A stretch of DNA of 64,000 nt, taken from a virus. A model generated the notes under the pieces. That model was not told where the DNA came from, did no database searches, and worked only from the letters and a program-made list of their open reading frames with translations. Made by a program: the position numbers and the translations under genes. Below, in pieces: positions 40,555 through 50,014 of this stretch. The stretch's first letter is position 1, and each line of letters begins with the position of its first letter. The DNA lies in IMG/VR virus record IMGVR_UViG_3300023116_005307, positions 3,588 through 67,587 of that record, one strand, 5' to 3'.

Positions 40555-42044
40555 TGTATGATATAATATTTTTTACTGACATTCCTACAGTTATAGACAC
40601 TCCTAGCGGCCGAGGGTATGGTGCATATCGTCTTGCATCTGATTTGAGAGATAAAGGATACAGTGTATTAACTGTAGACTTTACTAGTGCATTAACATTT
40701 GAAGATTATAAACAAATTTTAGATATAGCAATGGGCGATAATACTATTGCTGTTGGGTTTAGTACAACATGGTTTCCTTATAGACCTAAAACAAATCTAG
40801 AAAAACCCTTTCTTTTTGTATCACACAGAGATTGGATAGAACAAGGTATTAGTTATGAATTTTCAATAAGCCCTAATAAATTTTCAGATTATGTTAAAAC
40901 GATTAATCCTAACTGTAAAATAATAGTAGGTGGTGCAAAATCTTATGAATATAAAAATGAATCAAGTATAGATAATGTTTTTATAGGTTTTGCGGAAAAT
41001 ACTATTTTTGATTTTTTAAATTCTATTGCTGCTCCTAAAATATTTGATTATGATAAAAAGGCAACTAACGGCAAATTTGATTTTAATACAAGTACAACTA
41101 GGTATGTAGAAACTGATTGCATACACGGAGATGAAATTCTAAATTTTGAGTTTAGTAGAGGATGTATTTTTAATTGTGCTTTTTGTAGCTATCCCCATAA
41201 AAACCAAAAAACAAAAAATTTTACAAAATATCAGGATGTAATCTACCAAGAATTATTAGAAAATTATCAAAAATGGGGAACAACGTCTTATCGAGTTACA
41301 GACGATACGTTCAATGATTATACTGAAAAATTACAAGTAATTAATGAAGTAGTCCAAGATTTACCTTTTCAACCTTCATTTTGGAGTTACATAAGACAAG
41401 ACCTTTGCGGTATTCATCCCGAACAAATCAAATTGCTATATGACATTGGAGTAAGAGAATCTTTTTACGGAATGGAAACTTGGACAGAAGAAACTGCTAA
41501 AATTATACGCAAAGGCGGAAAGTTAGAAAATAAAATACAAGCATTAAAAATGTGCAAAGATTATTGGGGAGATGATGTTTGGACAACTGCTAGTTTCGTT
41601 ATTGGTTTACCCGGAGACAATCAAAAAGATTGGTATGCCTTTGCAGATTGGTATGAAAAAGAAGGTCACAGATACATCGATTTTGCGTCTTTAAATAGTC
41701 TTATATTAAGAGATTATGGAGAATACGGCCAGTTCATTTTCCAGTCAGATATAGAACTTGATCTGAAAAAATATGGATACGAAATGGATAGTTTTATTAC
41801 TTGGACAAGATCTACTGGAGATATAAACTCTAGTGCTATAGCAGACGAAGTACGTGCAAATGTTAATAAACAAATAGATCACGTAAACAGAAATAAAAAT
41901 AGACCTAATAAGCAATGGTATAACCCTGTAAAAATATACAAAACTCTAATGCCAGGTGTACCAATTGCAGATGCTTATTATCAATTGGTACATAATTTTT
42001 ATAAACCTAGCTTATTGGAGCAAATTAAAAATGTACGATCGTAA
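40554..42044 (+). CDS. Cobalamin-binding (class B) radical SAM protein
   Basis: GAYRLAS.LR, VGFSTTW, IIVGG, SRGCIFNCAFC, TDDTFND, GMET, IGLPGD. Confidence 0.9.
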   Translation: MYDIIFFTDIPTVIDTPSGRGYGAYRLASDLRDKGYSVLTVDFTSALTFEDYKQILDIAMGDNTIAVGFSTTWFPYRPKTNLEKPFLFVSHRDWIEQGISYEFSISPNKFSDYVKTINPNCKIIVGGAKSYEYKNESSIDNVFIGFAENTIFDFLNSIAAPKIFDYDKKATNGKFDFNTSTTRYVETDCIHGDEILNFEFSRGCIFNCAFCSYPHKNQKTKNFTKYQDVIYQELLENYQKWGTTSYRVTDDTFNDYTEKLQVINEVVQDLPFQPSFWSYIRQDLCGIHPEQIKLLYDIGVRESFYGMETWTEETAKIIRKGGKLENKIQALKMCKDYWGDDVWTTASFVIGLPGDNQKDWYAFADWYEKEGHRYIDFASLNSLILRDYGEYGQFIFQSDIELDLKKYGYEMDSFITWTRSTGDINSSAIADEVRANVNKQIDHVNRNKNRPNKQWYNPVKIYKTLMPGVPIADAYYQLVHNFYKPSLLEQIKNVRS

Positions 42045-42732
42045 TTATTTTAATCATATACTTGAAAACGGTGTTAGTATTACTAGTAGTGGCACTACAG
42101 GTACTCCTAAAGAAGTATTTAGAACACCAGAGAACTTAAAAGCATGTATAGACGTTGCTGTAAGCGCACAGCAGCTTACACAGCGCAGTAGAGTGCTTAC
42201 AGTAACTCGTATGACCCATGCAGGAGGATTGCTTACACAGACGCTTCCTGCGTACAGTATAGGCGCTGATTTTAAGATACAGCAGTTTAATGCATTTACA
42301 TTTTTAAAAGATTTTGCGGATTACACACATACATTTTTAACTCCTGCACATATGACAGCACTTACGAAAACAAAGGGTTTTGAAAATTGCGATCTATCTG
42401 GCAAATGGATACTAGGAGGTAGTGATCCGGTTAGTTGGGAAATGATAGAATCATTTGTAAAACGAGGTGCAATAGTACAACCTAATTGGGGTATGAGCGA
42501 AATAGGCCCAATTACTATTAATAGTGTATTTGATAGTATAGATAAAGTTCAGGAATACAAACAAAAAACAAATGGCGAAACAATTTTAGGTGACGAAATT
42601 TATTGTGATACTAAAATTATAGATGGTATACTTTATGTAAAAGGAGATTTATGTTATACAACTGGCTGGTATAAAACAAATGATATTGTAAATAAAATTA
42701 ATGATATTTTTGTTTATAAAGGTCGTTCGTAG
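42031..42732 (+). CDS. Minimal AMP-binding (adenylate-forming, acyl-CoA synthetase-like) enzyme
   Basis: TSSGTTGTPK (A3), HAGG, WGMSE (A5), GWYKTND (A7), YKGR (A8). Lacks the usual N-terminal region and C-terminal domain. Confidence 0.8.
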   Translation: MYDRNYFNHILENGVSITSSGTTGTPKEVFRTPENLKACIDVAVSAQQLTQRSRVLTVTRMTHAGGLLTQTLPAYSIGADFKIQQFNAFTFLKDFADYTHTFLTPAHMTALTKTKGFENCDLSGKWILGGSDPVSWEMIESFVKRGAIVQPNWGMSEIGPITINSVFDSIDKVQEYKQKTNGETILGDEIYCDTKIIDGILYVKGDLCYTTGWYKTNDIVNKINDIFVYKGRS

Positions 42733-43574
42733 TCTAATGCACTACGACATTGATCTTCTAAACTATAGTTTTCAGTAAACAACAAACTGGATTCTGGCAC
42801 AACGCTTTTGCTAACATCGCCTAATCTTCTTGGTTGAATAAATACCGGAAAGTCAACTCCTGATATATTCTTGATAGTGTCTATTACTTCCTTTACGCTA
42901 TATCCTGTAGTATTTCCTAAACACTCGTAAGGAGTATTCATAGGTCCGTTGTGTATACTGTTAATTATACCATTTACAATGTCGTTTACATGTGTATAAT
43001 TACGTATGCAAGTTCCGTCTAATGTATCGTAGTCGTCGCCATAAATATCCATAGAGTTATAAATGCCATTTGCTGTAGCAGCAGCTCTTCTTATTAAATG
43101 ATATCTTTCTGTATCGTATTTAACAAACCTATCGTTTCCGCTTACATTATAAAATCTTAAATTTGTATATGGAGTTCCGTGTTCGATTATAATATCTTCT
43201 GCTGCTCTTTTACTTCTAGCATACGGAGACGAATCTGGATTAAACGCACTTCCAGAACTTGCAAAAATAATATGATCAGTATTAAACGAGTTTAGTACAT
43301 TTTTTGTACCTATTAAATTTGTTTCGTAATATGAGAAAGGATTTAGTACACTATAATGAACTTTTGTTAAAGCAGCAAGTAGGACAACACAGTCATAGTT
43401 ATCTAATATCTTTGACATTTTCTTAATATCATATTCTAGTAAATTATCTACAAAACTTATATCATTTTGTGATAAATTTATATCATATGCATGAATACAA
43501 TATTTAAGTTTTTTTAATTGATAACAAAGATGGCTACCTATATATCCAGAGGCACCTATAACAGCTATTTTCAT
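42714..43574 (-). CDS. galE: UDP-glucose 4-epimerase (GalE-like)
   Basis: GASGYIG, FASS, YARSK (YxxxK), RFYNV, DGTCIRNYTHV, GYSVKEVI, RRLGD. Confidence 0.85.
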   Translation of the reverse strand: MKIAVIGASGYIGSHLCYQLKKLKYCIHAYDINLSQNDISFVDNLLEYDIKKMSKILDNYDCVVLLAALTKVHYSVLNPFSYYETNLIGTKNVLNSFNTDHIIFASSGSAFNPDSSPYARSKRAAEDIIIEHGTPYTNLRFYNVSGNDRFVKYDTERYHLIRRAAATANGIYNSMDIYGDDYDTLDGTCIRNYTHVNDIVNGIINSIHNGPMNTPYECLGNTTGYSVKEVIDTIKNISGVDFPVFIQPRRLGDVSKSVVPESSLLFTENYSLEDQCRSALDYERPL

Positions 43575-43586
43575 ACTGTATTTAAG
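43575..43586 (-). promoter_or_regulatory. Late-like promoter directly before the start codon (TTAAATA-CAGT-ATG)
   Basis: The minus strand reads CTTAAATACAGTATG, with no SD between the motif and the ATG. Confidence 0.5.
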
Positions 43587-43592
43587 ATTAAT

Positions 43593-45029
43593 TTAACTTA
43601 TGTTAATCCATCCTGGCGTTCCATTTGAAGGATTGCCAGCTGCTAGTCCTGTATCACTAACATAGCCTTGGAAGTCTTGACTATCTTGTAAAAATACCAT
43701 CATTCCTTCTGCAGGCGATGGTATTGCTGTATCACGTGCTCCAGCGTCTGCAAATACTCCAGGTGTTATTGAACTTTCTGCTTTTATATCTCCGCGGACA
43801 TCTAGTTTTGCTGTAGGTACAAATCCGCCAATAGACAAAGATCCTTCGTCTAGCACCATAAATTTATCAGGACCTAAACCACCTGTGTTATCTTGGGCAA
43901 AGAGAATAGCTTCATTTCCGCCTGATATTAGTGCAGTTGTTACTTCACCGCCTGTATCATCTCTACGCCATTGGATACTACCATATGACAAATCACTAGC
44001 TGAAATATCGCTGTTTGATTCTCTAGTCATTACTATTCTTGGAAAATCGTCTTCTACACGAGTCTGAATATTTCCGTAAACAGTGTCGTTCAAATTAAAT
44101 TTTCCAGTTGCACCATCAAAAACTACTGTACTGCCATCATCACGAAGTGTCCCAACTACCTCGCCAAATAGTGTAGCTGTATCGTGATTCAATATGACTT
44201 GTAAATCTGGACCAACGATTGTTCCACGAACAGGACCGTCTACACTTCCGATAAAGGTTGGTCTATCACCGCCTTGAATAATAATTTGACCGTTCTCACC
44301 GCGTCTTAAGTCTCCAGTAAAATTGTCAAGTACTGTATATGTATTGGTAGGGTCTCTAACATCTACAAGTGCAGTTTTAGAAAACTCGTCTATAATTAGG
44401 TTACCTAAAATGTCATATAAATCGCCTTGTAGATCACCCCTCAAAATATTGTTTACAGGGTCTACTAAGATAGTACTATCGTTTCCAGCAATAGTAATTG
44501 TATGTGTAGCTTCACCACCTAAAATTTTATCTGCAAAAGATGCGAGCGGCCTATTACTCCATACTCCACCATCGTGAATTAATGCATCACCATTTTTGGG
44601 TGCACCGTTGTAGATAACTCCGCCTAGATCGTCAACTTCTATGCTAGGTATAACACCGTCTATAACACTTGACGCAGATCTATTCGTCCAACTTACACCG
44701 TCATATGTAAGCAAATCACCACTGCTTTCGCCTGTAAATATCACATCTATGACATCTTCTAGATTTAATGCAGACTGGCTATTTTGAAAGTTGCCTGTTG
44801 CAGCATTATAAACTAGTACATCGCCTTGTTGTGGATTTTGTAAATCTGTATCTAGTAGACCAAAAAGAGTATTAGAAACATCTCCAGAAGAAGCAATAAG
44901 TACCCCGCCTTGAGTAGTACCGTCACCTACATATAGTGATTTTGTATCTGTAACATATACCAACTCGCCTTCTGCAGGTGTAATGAGTTGACGTTCTGCA
45001 TCTGTTCCTCTTCTTAGACGTAATGCCAT
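43593..45029 (-). CDS. Fibre-like virion protein with Mtd N-terminal-like domain
   Basis: MALRLRRGTDAER...PAEGELVYVTDTKSLYVGDG. Three L.D..DV...GD.L.Y....W.N repeats. C-terminal RD.AIPSPAEGMMVF. Confidence 0.75.
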   Translation of the reverse strand: MALRLRRGTDAERQLITPAEGELVYVTDTKSLYVGDGTTQGGVLIASSGDVSNTLFGLLDTDLQNPQQGDVLVYNAATGNFQNSQSALNLEDVIDVIFTGESSGDLLTYDGVSWTNRSASSVIDGVIPSIEVDDLGGVIYNGAPKNGDALIHDGGVWSNRPLASFADKILGGEATHTITIAGNDSTILVDPVNNILRGDLQGDLYDILGNLIIDEFSKTALVDVRDPTNTYTVLDNFTGDLRRGENGQIIIQGGDRPTFIGSVDGPVRGTIVGPDLQVILNHDTATLFGEVVGTLRDDGSTVVFDGATGKFNLNDTVYGNIQTRVEDDFPRIVMTRESNSDISASDLSYGSIQWRRDDTGGEVTTALISGGNEAILFAQDNTGGLGPDKFMVLDEGSLSIGGFVPTAKLDVRGDIKAESSITPGVFADAGARDTAIPSPAEGMMVFLQDSQDFQGYVSDTGLAAGNPSNGTPGWINIS

Positions 45030-45060
45030 TATTTTAACTCCTGGTTCTACTTATTATATA

Positions 45061-45068
45061 TATTTATC
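45061..45068 (-). promoter_or_regulatory. T4-late-like promoter (GATAAATA)
   Basis: Upstream of SD AGGAG and the structural gene starting at 45029. Confidence 0.55.
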
Positions 45069-45081
45069 TAATTACCTGATA

Positions 45082-45396
45082 TTACTTTCGTTTCTTCATG
45101 AAAGTTTTTGTTCTAGACTTGATATCAGAAATTAGAGTAGGAGCATCTAGTTGGAATTCTACTTGTGTTATAGTATCATTATATTCTTCAAAGAAATCTT
45201 CTAGCGCATCTTCAATAGGTATTTCAACATCATCATTATCTGTAAAGCCTGCATCTACGTCTATTATCCAAACCTTGCCATCTGCAAATGTTACATTAAC
45301 AGCTTTTAGATATTCTGCAGGCACTGCCTTTATTTCAATGTCCTTTAGTACTTCAGGCCATTGTTCTACAATACTAGGAGGTAGTTTATCAGGCAC
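45082..45396 (-). CDS. Hypothetical protein
   Basis: ORF 45082..45486. The GTG at 45396 is preferred because it gives a short overlap with the upstream gene. Confidence 0.6.
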   Translation of the reverse strand: MPDKLPPSIVEQWPEVLKDIEIKAVPAEYLKAVNVTFADGKVWIIDVDAGFTDNDDVEIPIEDALEDFFEEYNDTITQVEFQLDAPTLISDIKSRTKTFMKKRK

Positions 45397-45967
45397 TTTC
45401 TTCAGACTTTGCTTTGGCTTTTTTCTTTGTAGGTACGAGTTCTTCTGCCTGTTCACGCAATCTTTTGGCTTCTTTAAACATTGCATCAGCTTGTGATCTA
45501 TATTGAGCTGCTAGATCTTCATCGGAAAGGACTCCTGTAGACTCTACCGGAACTTCTGCTTGTTGCTGTGTATTTGTTTGACCTGGAACTGCTAAGTCTG
45601 CAACAGTGACACCTCTTTGTTCTGCAATTACTTCGTTTAATTCAGATAAGCGTATTACAGTTTGTGAATTCGGCGTCATTTCAACATCAGAAGTTGCTAC
45701 CTTAACCATTTTTCCTGTGGTATGAAATGAATTTAGCATGACTTTCCCATCAGGTAGTCTAGTTCTAGCCATTGCATTTGCTAAATGTTCTTCGTTTTGA
45801 CCTGCGTCTGACTCTACAAGCTTCATTAGTGCATCATGTTCTTCTGCCATTAAGTTTTCTGTAGTAATTACAATGCAACTTTCTGGCTCAGACGGAACAA
45901 CTCTGTATGCTACAACTACTTTTCTTTTGTTGTTGACCATTCTGCCAACATGTTTCATATTAACCAT
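45389..45967 (-). CDS. Hypothetical phage protein with C-terminal coiled coil
   Basis: ATG at 45967 with SD AGGAG. MKHVGR...; C-terminal LAAQYRSQADAMFKEAKRLREQAE. Confidence 0.7.
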   Translation of the reverse strand: MVNMKHVGRMVNNKRKVVVAYRVVPSEPESCIVITTENLMAEEHDALMKLVESDAGQNEEHLANAMARTRLPDGKVMLNSFHTTGKMVKVATSDVEMTPNSQTVIRLSELNEVIAEQRGVTVADLAVPGQTNTQQQAEVPVESTGVLSDEDLAAQYRSQADAMFKEAKRLREQAEELVPTKKKAKAKSEESA

Positions 45968-45977
45968 TTTTATTCTC

Positions 45978-46208
45978 CTAACCCTGAGGTTGTGCTTGTG
46001 CAACGGCGCCTAAGAATTGCTCTAGTTTATTATAGACTTGTCCCACAGTGACCATTTCGTTTGGCTTAAATGCGCCACGTTGACTTGCAACATCAATAAT
46101 GCTTTTCAACGCCTGTAAATCATTTACTGTCAAGTCAGGCGCAGCACCTTCTTGGGAAGATTTAGCAGTTTGTGTTGCTGGTTCTTCTACCTTAGTTTCA
46201 TCGCTCAT
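45978..46208 (-). CDS. Hypothetical phage protein
   Basis: 76 aa, SD AGGAG, LTVNDL...IIDVASQRGAF. Confidence 0.7.
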   Translation of the reverse strand: MSDETKVEEPATQTAKSSQEGAAPDLTVNDLQALKSIIDVASQRGAFKPNEMVTVGQVYNKLEQFLGAVAQAQPQG

Positions 46209-46246
46209 ATTTTATTCTCCTATATAATTATATATGCGCATTTTAT

Positions 46247-46528
46247 TTAGTTGTATTTCAAATGTGGACATGCCAACATGAAATAACTCATTTCTTTACT
46301 GTCTTCAAACCCGACAGTAAGTTGTATCGATCTAGAATTTTTTTTATCTAATCCTAAACTTTTGCCTACAAAAAAACGTTTTTTTAAATTTTTATTAATC
46401 CACTTAGCTAGTGAATCCTCTAAGTTAAATTTCATAGGTAAAGTAATATATTCAAAATGAGGCGGCGGAAAATTTACTTGCCGTAAATCTAAAATTTCTA
46501 AAGTATTGACTGGTTTATTTTTTATCAT
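46247..46528 (-). CDS. Hypothetical phage protein
   Basis: 93-aa ORF, ATGA-coupled to the upstream gene. Confidence 0.65.
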   Translation of the reverse strand: MIKNKPVNTLEILDLRQVNFPPPHFEYITLPMKFNLEDSLAKWINKNLKKRFFVGKSLGLDKKNSRSIQLTVGFEDSKEMSYFMLACPHLKYN

Positions 46529-47847
46529 GCTGCTTCGTCATAAAGAACCGTTGTACCAAACGGTGCTTGAATGTTTTTATCGTGATTACTATGAATAACA
46601 AAAACTGTATCACAGTAATCTGGGTCACCCCAACTATCCCAAGCATAGCCGTCTGTGAACATTAAAAACTTTTTAGGCTGAATGTCTTGATCTTTCATGT
46701 ATGTCCAATTCGCCATAAAGTCAGTGCCGCCGCCGCCCATTACTTCGTAATCTAAAAGATCCTCTCCGCCGTCTGCACTAAAGTCTGCTTCATTATACAC
46801 AGAAGTATCAAAGCACCATAATTTAATTTTGTAGTCTTTGTATTCGTCCATGATGCCTTTTACTTCGCCTAAAAAGTCTCTTGCCTGTTTATTGCCAATT
46901 GATCCTGACATATCAATGCTAATGCATAAGTCGATAGTTTCGTCAAAATTCATACCAGGAAGAACGGCTGTAGTATGCCAACCTTTTCTAGATGGTCGAC
47001 TAAAGGTATAATCACTTTTGATAATACTTTGAATTTGTTGTCTTAGAATTTCTCTCCAATTCATTTTTGGTTCTGTAAATTCTTGTATAATACGTTGAAC
47101 TCCTGCTGGCAAGTTGCCTGCACCTGCGCTTTGTGCCGCAGTAATCATGTTTTCTTTGATTTCGTCGCGTATTTTTTTCAAATCGTCTTTAGTGTATTTA
47201 GGTTTTTTCTTGCTTACACTATTGCCATTAGAATCCTTTTCTTCTCCTGCATCACCGTCAGCAGCCCCGTCACCGTCTTCTGGGTCAAGATGCTCGTCTA
47301 AAAGTTCGCCTAATTGTCTAAGTTGCTCTTCGTCGTATTTTTTAAAAATGTCATCGTAAACTTCTTCAGAAGACCAATTTTCGTATTTAAAATCTTGAAA
47401 ACAATCGACTATACTAGGTTTTTCACCAATTCTATCTCTAACAAGAACATTGTTTACAATATAGTCTTGTGCAATATTACTGATTAGAGGATCTAAATTT
47501 CTATCTTGCCAAGTGCGTCGTTCTAGATGATCAAAGACACAATGCAAAATTTCGTGAGCAATAACAAACTCAATTTCTTTATTATTCATAGCATTGAAAA
47601 ATTGAGTGTTGTAATATAGATTTTTACCGTCTACCGCAGCCGTAGGACACCAGTCGTCGGCAGCTAATATCTTTAGTCTTGTGGCCATGTTGCCAAAGAA
47701 AGGATGGCGCAGTAACAGTCCTACTCTCGCAACAATAATGCGATCATATACTTCTACTCGCATTACTTCTAATTCTTCTGGAGTAATATTAGGATTTGGT
47801 TCCCAATTTTTAAGTTTGCTTGCAGTTTTTTCTGTTGCTGTAGCCAT
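46525..47847 (-). CDS. DUF2201-type metallopeptidase + VWA domain protein
   Basis: PFFG, TAAVDG, AHEILH (HExxH), IDMSGSI (MIDAS), GGGGTDF, FTDG. Confidence 0.9.
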   Translation of the reverse strand: MATATEKTASKLKNWEPNPNITPEELEVMRVEVYDRIIVARVGLLLRHPFFGNMATRLKILAADDWCPTAAVDGKNLYYNTQFFNAMNNKEIEFVIAHEILHCVFDHLERRTWQDRNLDPLISNIAQDYIVNNVLVRDRIGEKPSIVDCFQDFKYENWSSEEVYDDIFKKYDEEQLRQLGELLDEHLDPEDGDGAADGDAGEEKDSNGNSVSKKKPKYTKDDLKKIRDEIKENMITAAQSAGAGNLPAGVQRIIQEFTEPKMNWREILRQQIQSIIKSDYTFSRPSRKGWHTTAVLPGMNFDETIDLCISIDMSGSIGNKQARDFLGEVKGIMDEYKDYKIKLWCFDTSVYNEADFSADGGEDLLDYEVMGGGGTDFMANWTYMKDQDIQPKKFLMFTDGYAWDSWGDPDYCDTVFVIHSNHDKNIQAPFGTTVLYDEAA

Positions 47848-47881
47848 TTGCCCCACTCACTTTGCTATTTTGTATACTACT

Positions 47882-47910
47882 ATTATAACAATATTTAACT
47901 TATTTGTCAA
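47882..47910 (-). promoter_or_regulatory. Sigma70 consensus promoter
   Basis: TTGACA-17 nt-TATAAT with extended TG. Confidence 0.85.
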
Positions 47911-47921
47911 CCAGGAAATTT

Positions 47922-47952
47922 AAGAACGAGCTCAAAAGAACTCGTTCTTTTT
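47922..47952. terminator. Intrinsic terminator-like hairpin after the MoxR gene
   Basis: Inverted repeat AAGAACGAG / CTCGTTCTT immediately downstream of the stop at 47958. T-run on the + side. Confidence 0.65.
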
Positions 47953-47957
47953 GTATC

Positions 47958-49043
47958 TTATGCTGATTGTGCAGCCTTAATATACTTACCATAGCGATCA
48001 TGAAACTCGTCAAAGCAATCAACTTCGTCTGGATCAATTGGCAGTGCATATTGTGTAAGAGCAAGTTTAATACCCATAACAACTAACTCTGTGTCAAAAT
48101 TATCCATTGCAAAACGCAAGAAATTATTAACTTTATTGTCAAACTTCTTATCATTTTTGTCCGATGCTTCTTTCAGCTCGTAACACAAAGATACAGTCAG
48201 TGAATACATTGCACTTATTTCTTTGTTATACAACTCTTTTACTTTACCTGCCAAAATGTCAGTAGGATTAGGCATATCAGCTGCAACTTTGCGGTGAGCC
48301 ATAAACTTTACAGCAAGTCCTTCACCTACTGAACCTGCTACAAGATCTGTAGTAGTATTTTCGTCTAACCCGTCCTCAATTAGCTCGCTCACAAAAGACC
48401 ACGAACGAGGCGTTGCAAACGAACGACTGGGTGATTTAGGATCAAAGTCGTATAAGTCTTTCTTAGCAAATTGTAAATAACCTACAACGTCTTTGTTAAT
48501 CTTATTTTCAACAGCCCAATCAAACCAATCATCAAAAGATACAGCAAGTTCCAAGTGAACAAAGCGGTTAGCCAACGGAGCAGGCATACGATATGTTACG
48601 CCTTTGTCAGCTTCGCGGTTACCTGCCGCAACAATCATTACATTGTCAGGCAGTTTGTAGGTACCTACTTTACGGTTAAGGATGAGCTGATAAGCCGCTG
48701 CCTGTACAGCAGGAGCCGCTGAGTTCATTTCGTCTAGGAACAATACAATGTTATCGTACTGTGCCGCAAATTCTTCTGATGGTAGTTCAGATGGAGGAGC
48801 CCATTGCATTGTGCCCGAATTACTATCAAAAAATGGAATACCTTTAATATCAGTTGGATCCCACAACGACAAACGTACATCGATTAGATGAGAATTTACT
48901 AAACTATCGGTAATCTGTGCAACAATGTCAGACTTACCAATACCTGGAGGCCCCCAAAGAAAGATAGGACGTTTTTTAGTCAGTGCATGTTTGATAGAAG
49001 ATTTAGCAGTATTCGGTGTAACAGTGCGAGATGTAGTTTCCAT
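47958..49043 (-). CDS. MoxR-like AAA+ ATPase
   Basis: Walker A GPPGIGKS, Walker B LFLDEMN, AAGNR, PLANRF, TPRSW. Confidence 0.92.
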   Translation of the reverse strand: METTSRTVTPNTAKSSIKHALTKKRPIFLWGPPGIGKSDIVAQITDSLVNSHLIDVRLSLWDPTDIKGIPFFDSNSGTMQWAPPSELPSEEFAAQYDNIVLFLDEMNSAAPAVQAAAYQLILNRKVGTYKLPDNVMIVAAGNREADKGVTYRMPAPLANRFVHLELAVSFDDWFDWAVENKINKDVVGYLQFAKKDLYDFDPKSPSRSFATPRSWSFVSELIEDGLDENTTTDLVAGSVGEGLAVKFMAHRKVAADMPNPTDILAGKVKELYNKEISAMYSLTVSLCYELKEASDKNDKKFDNKVNNFLRFAMDNFDTELVVMGIKLALTQYALPIDPDEVDCFDEFHDRYGKYIKAAQSA

Positions 49044-49079
49044 TTTTAAGCCCTTGTAGTTTTTGCTAAGTATGTATAT

Positions 49080-49107
49080 ATAATAGCATCTCTACACTAA
49101 AAGTCAA
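49080..49107 (-). promoter_or_regulatory. Probable sigma70 promoter
   Basis: TTGACT-16 nt-TATTAT with TGn extended -10. Confidence 0.55.
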
Positions 49108-49145
49108 CCATTATCTAAAAAAAGAAATCTATATAAAACAGTAAG

Positions 49146-49640
49146 TTATAACTTTTTTCCAGTAATTTGTAGTGTATATCTTGAGTTTTGACCTAAATTA
49201 GCTGCCATGTGCTCTACTTCATGGCTCCAAACGACATACTCTCCTGCTTTATAATTGACTATAGGTATATTATCAATTTCAAAATAATGACCACTTTGCC
49301 AATCCTCTAGTGCTACTATAGCACGATATACCTCATTTTTTTCACAATTAAATAGACTACAATATTTTTCAAAATGATCTATATGTTTTGGCATAACTAT
49401 GCCAGGTTTCATTTTGTAAAATGTAAAACCACAATCAACTAGTCCTATTACTTTTGCAACATTATGTACCCAATTAGGCATATTATATTGATTAGCGAAC
49501 ATATCTCCTGTAAAATTTTCAAACGTAAAACCTTGCCTGCGCCAATGTAATATGTCTTTAGAATGAGCAGGTTTGTGTTTGTAATCTAAAGTTTTGTATT
49601 CTTCCTGCCATAAAGGTTCTAATTTGCCTTGTCGCCACAT
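49146..49640 (-). CDS. 2OG-Fe(II) oxygenase/cupin-like protein
   Basis: PG.VMPKHID (HxD)...HMAANLG...RYTLQITG. Confidence 0.7.
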   Translation of the reverse strand: MWRQGKLEPLWQEEYKTLDYKHKPAHSKDILHWRRQGFTFENFTGDMFANQYNMPNWVHNVAKVIGLVDCGFTFYKMKPGIVMPKHIDHFEKYCSLFNCEKNEVYRAIVALEDWQSGHYFEIDNIPIVNYKAGEYVVWSHEVEHMAANLGQNSRYTLQITGKKL

Positions 49641-50014
49641 TAAGTTTCTCTATTCATTGCTTTTGTTATACCGTATTTTCTTAAATCACCACTAAACAAA
49701 GTAAGTTCTACTGCTTTCTTCTCATTAGTTACATATATACTTCTATTTGTTAAGTAGTAAGGACAATCAATAAATTGATCTAAGAAAATAACCACTTGAG
49801 TAGTCAAAGGCATGTCTTTAGGGTAAGGAATATCATATACTTCAATTCCAATTTCACTTAGAAGGTCAAATCCATCTTCCGTGAGCCTAAGACCGCCTTT
49901 GTGTTTATTTCTTGTATTTCTCCACCATAACGGCATATACTGTTTGACATTAGCATCGCTTATAGCCATTCCTTTTTCTTTTAAGAATATTTTGGTATAA
50001 GCTTCTTTGTTCAT
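49640..50014 (-). CDS. Hypothetical phage protein
   Basis: 124-aa coupled ORF (WW.N.R...GLRLTEDG). Confidence 0.7.
   Translation of the reverse strand: MNKEAYTKIFLKEKGMAISDANVKQYMPLWWRNTRNKHKGGLRLTEDGFDLLSEIGIEVYDIPYPKDMPLTTQVVIFLDQFIDCPYYLTNRSIYVTNEKKAVELTLFSGDLRKYGITKAMNRET

Noticed and set aside
26593-42044. RiPP precursor peptide for the SPASM-type radical SAM enzymes
   Set aside because: Genes abut or overlap, leaving no room for a short precursor ORF. The only small ORF (34974) looks like a membrane protein.
43593-45029. Mtd-like gene as a diversity-generating retroelement target
   Set aside because: Only the N-terminal Mtd-like segment is similar. No C-type lectin variable region, template repeat or RT was seen.
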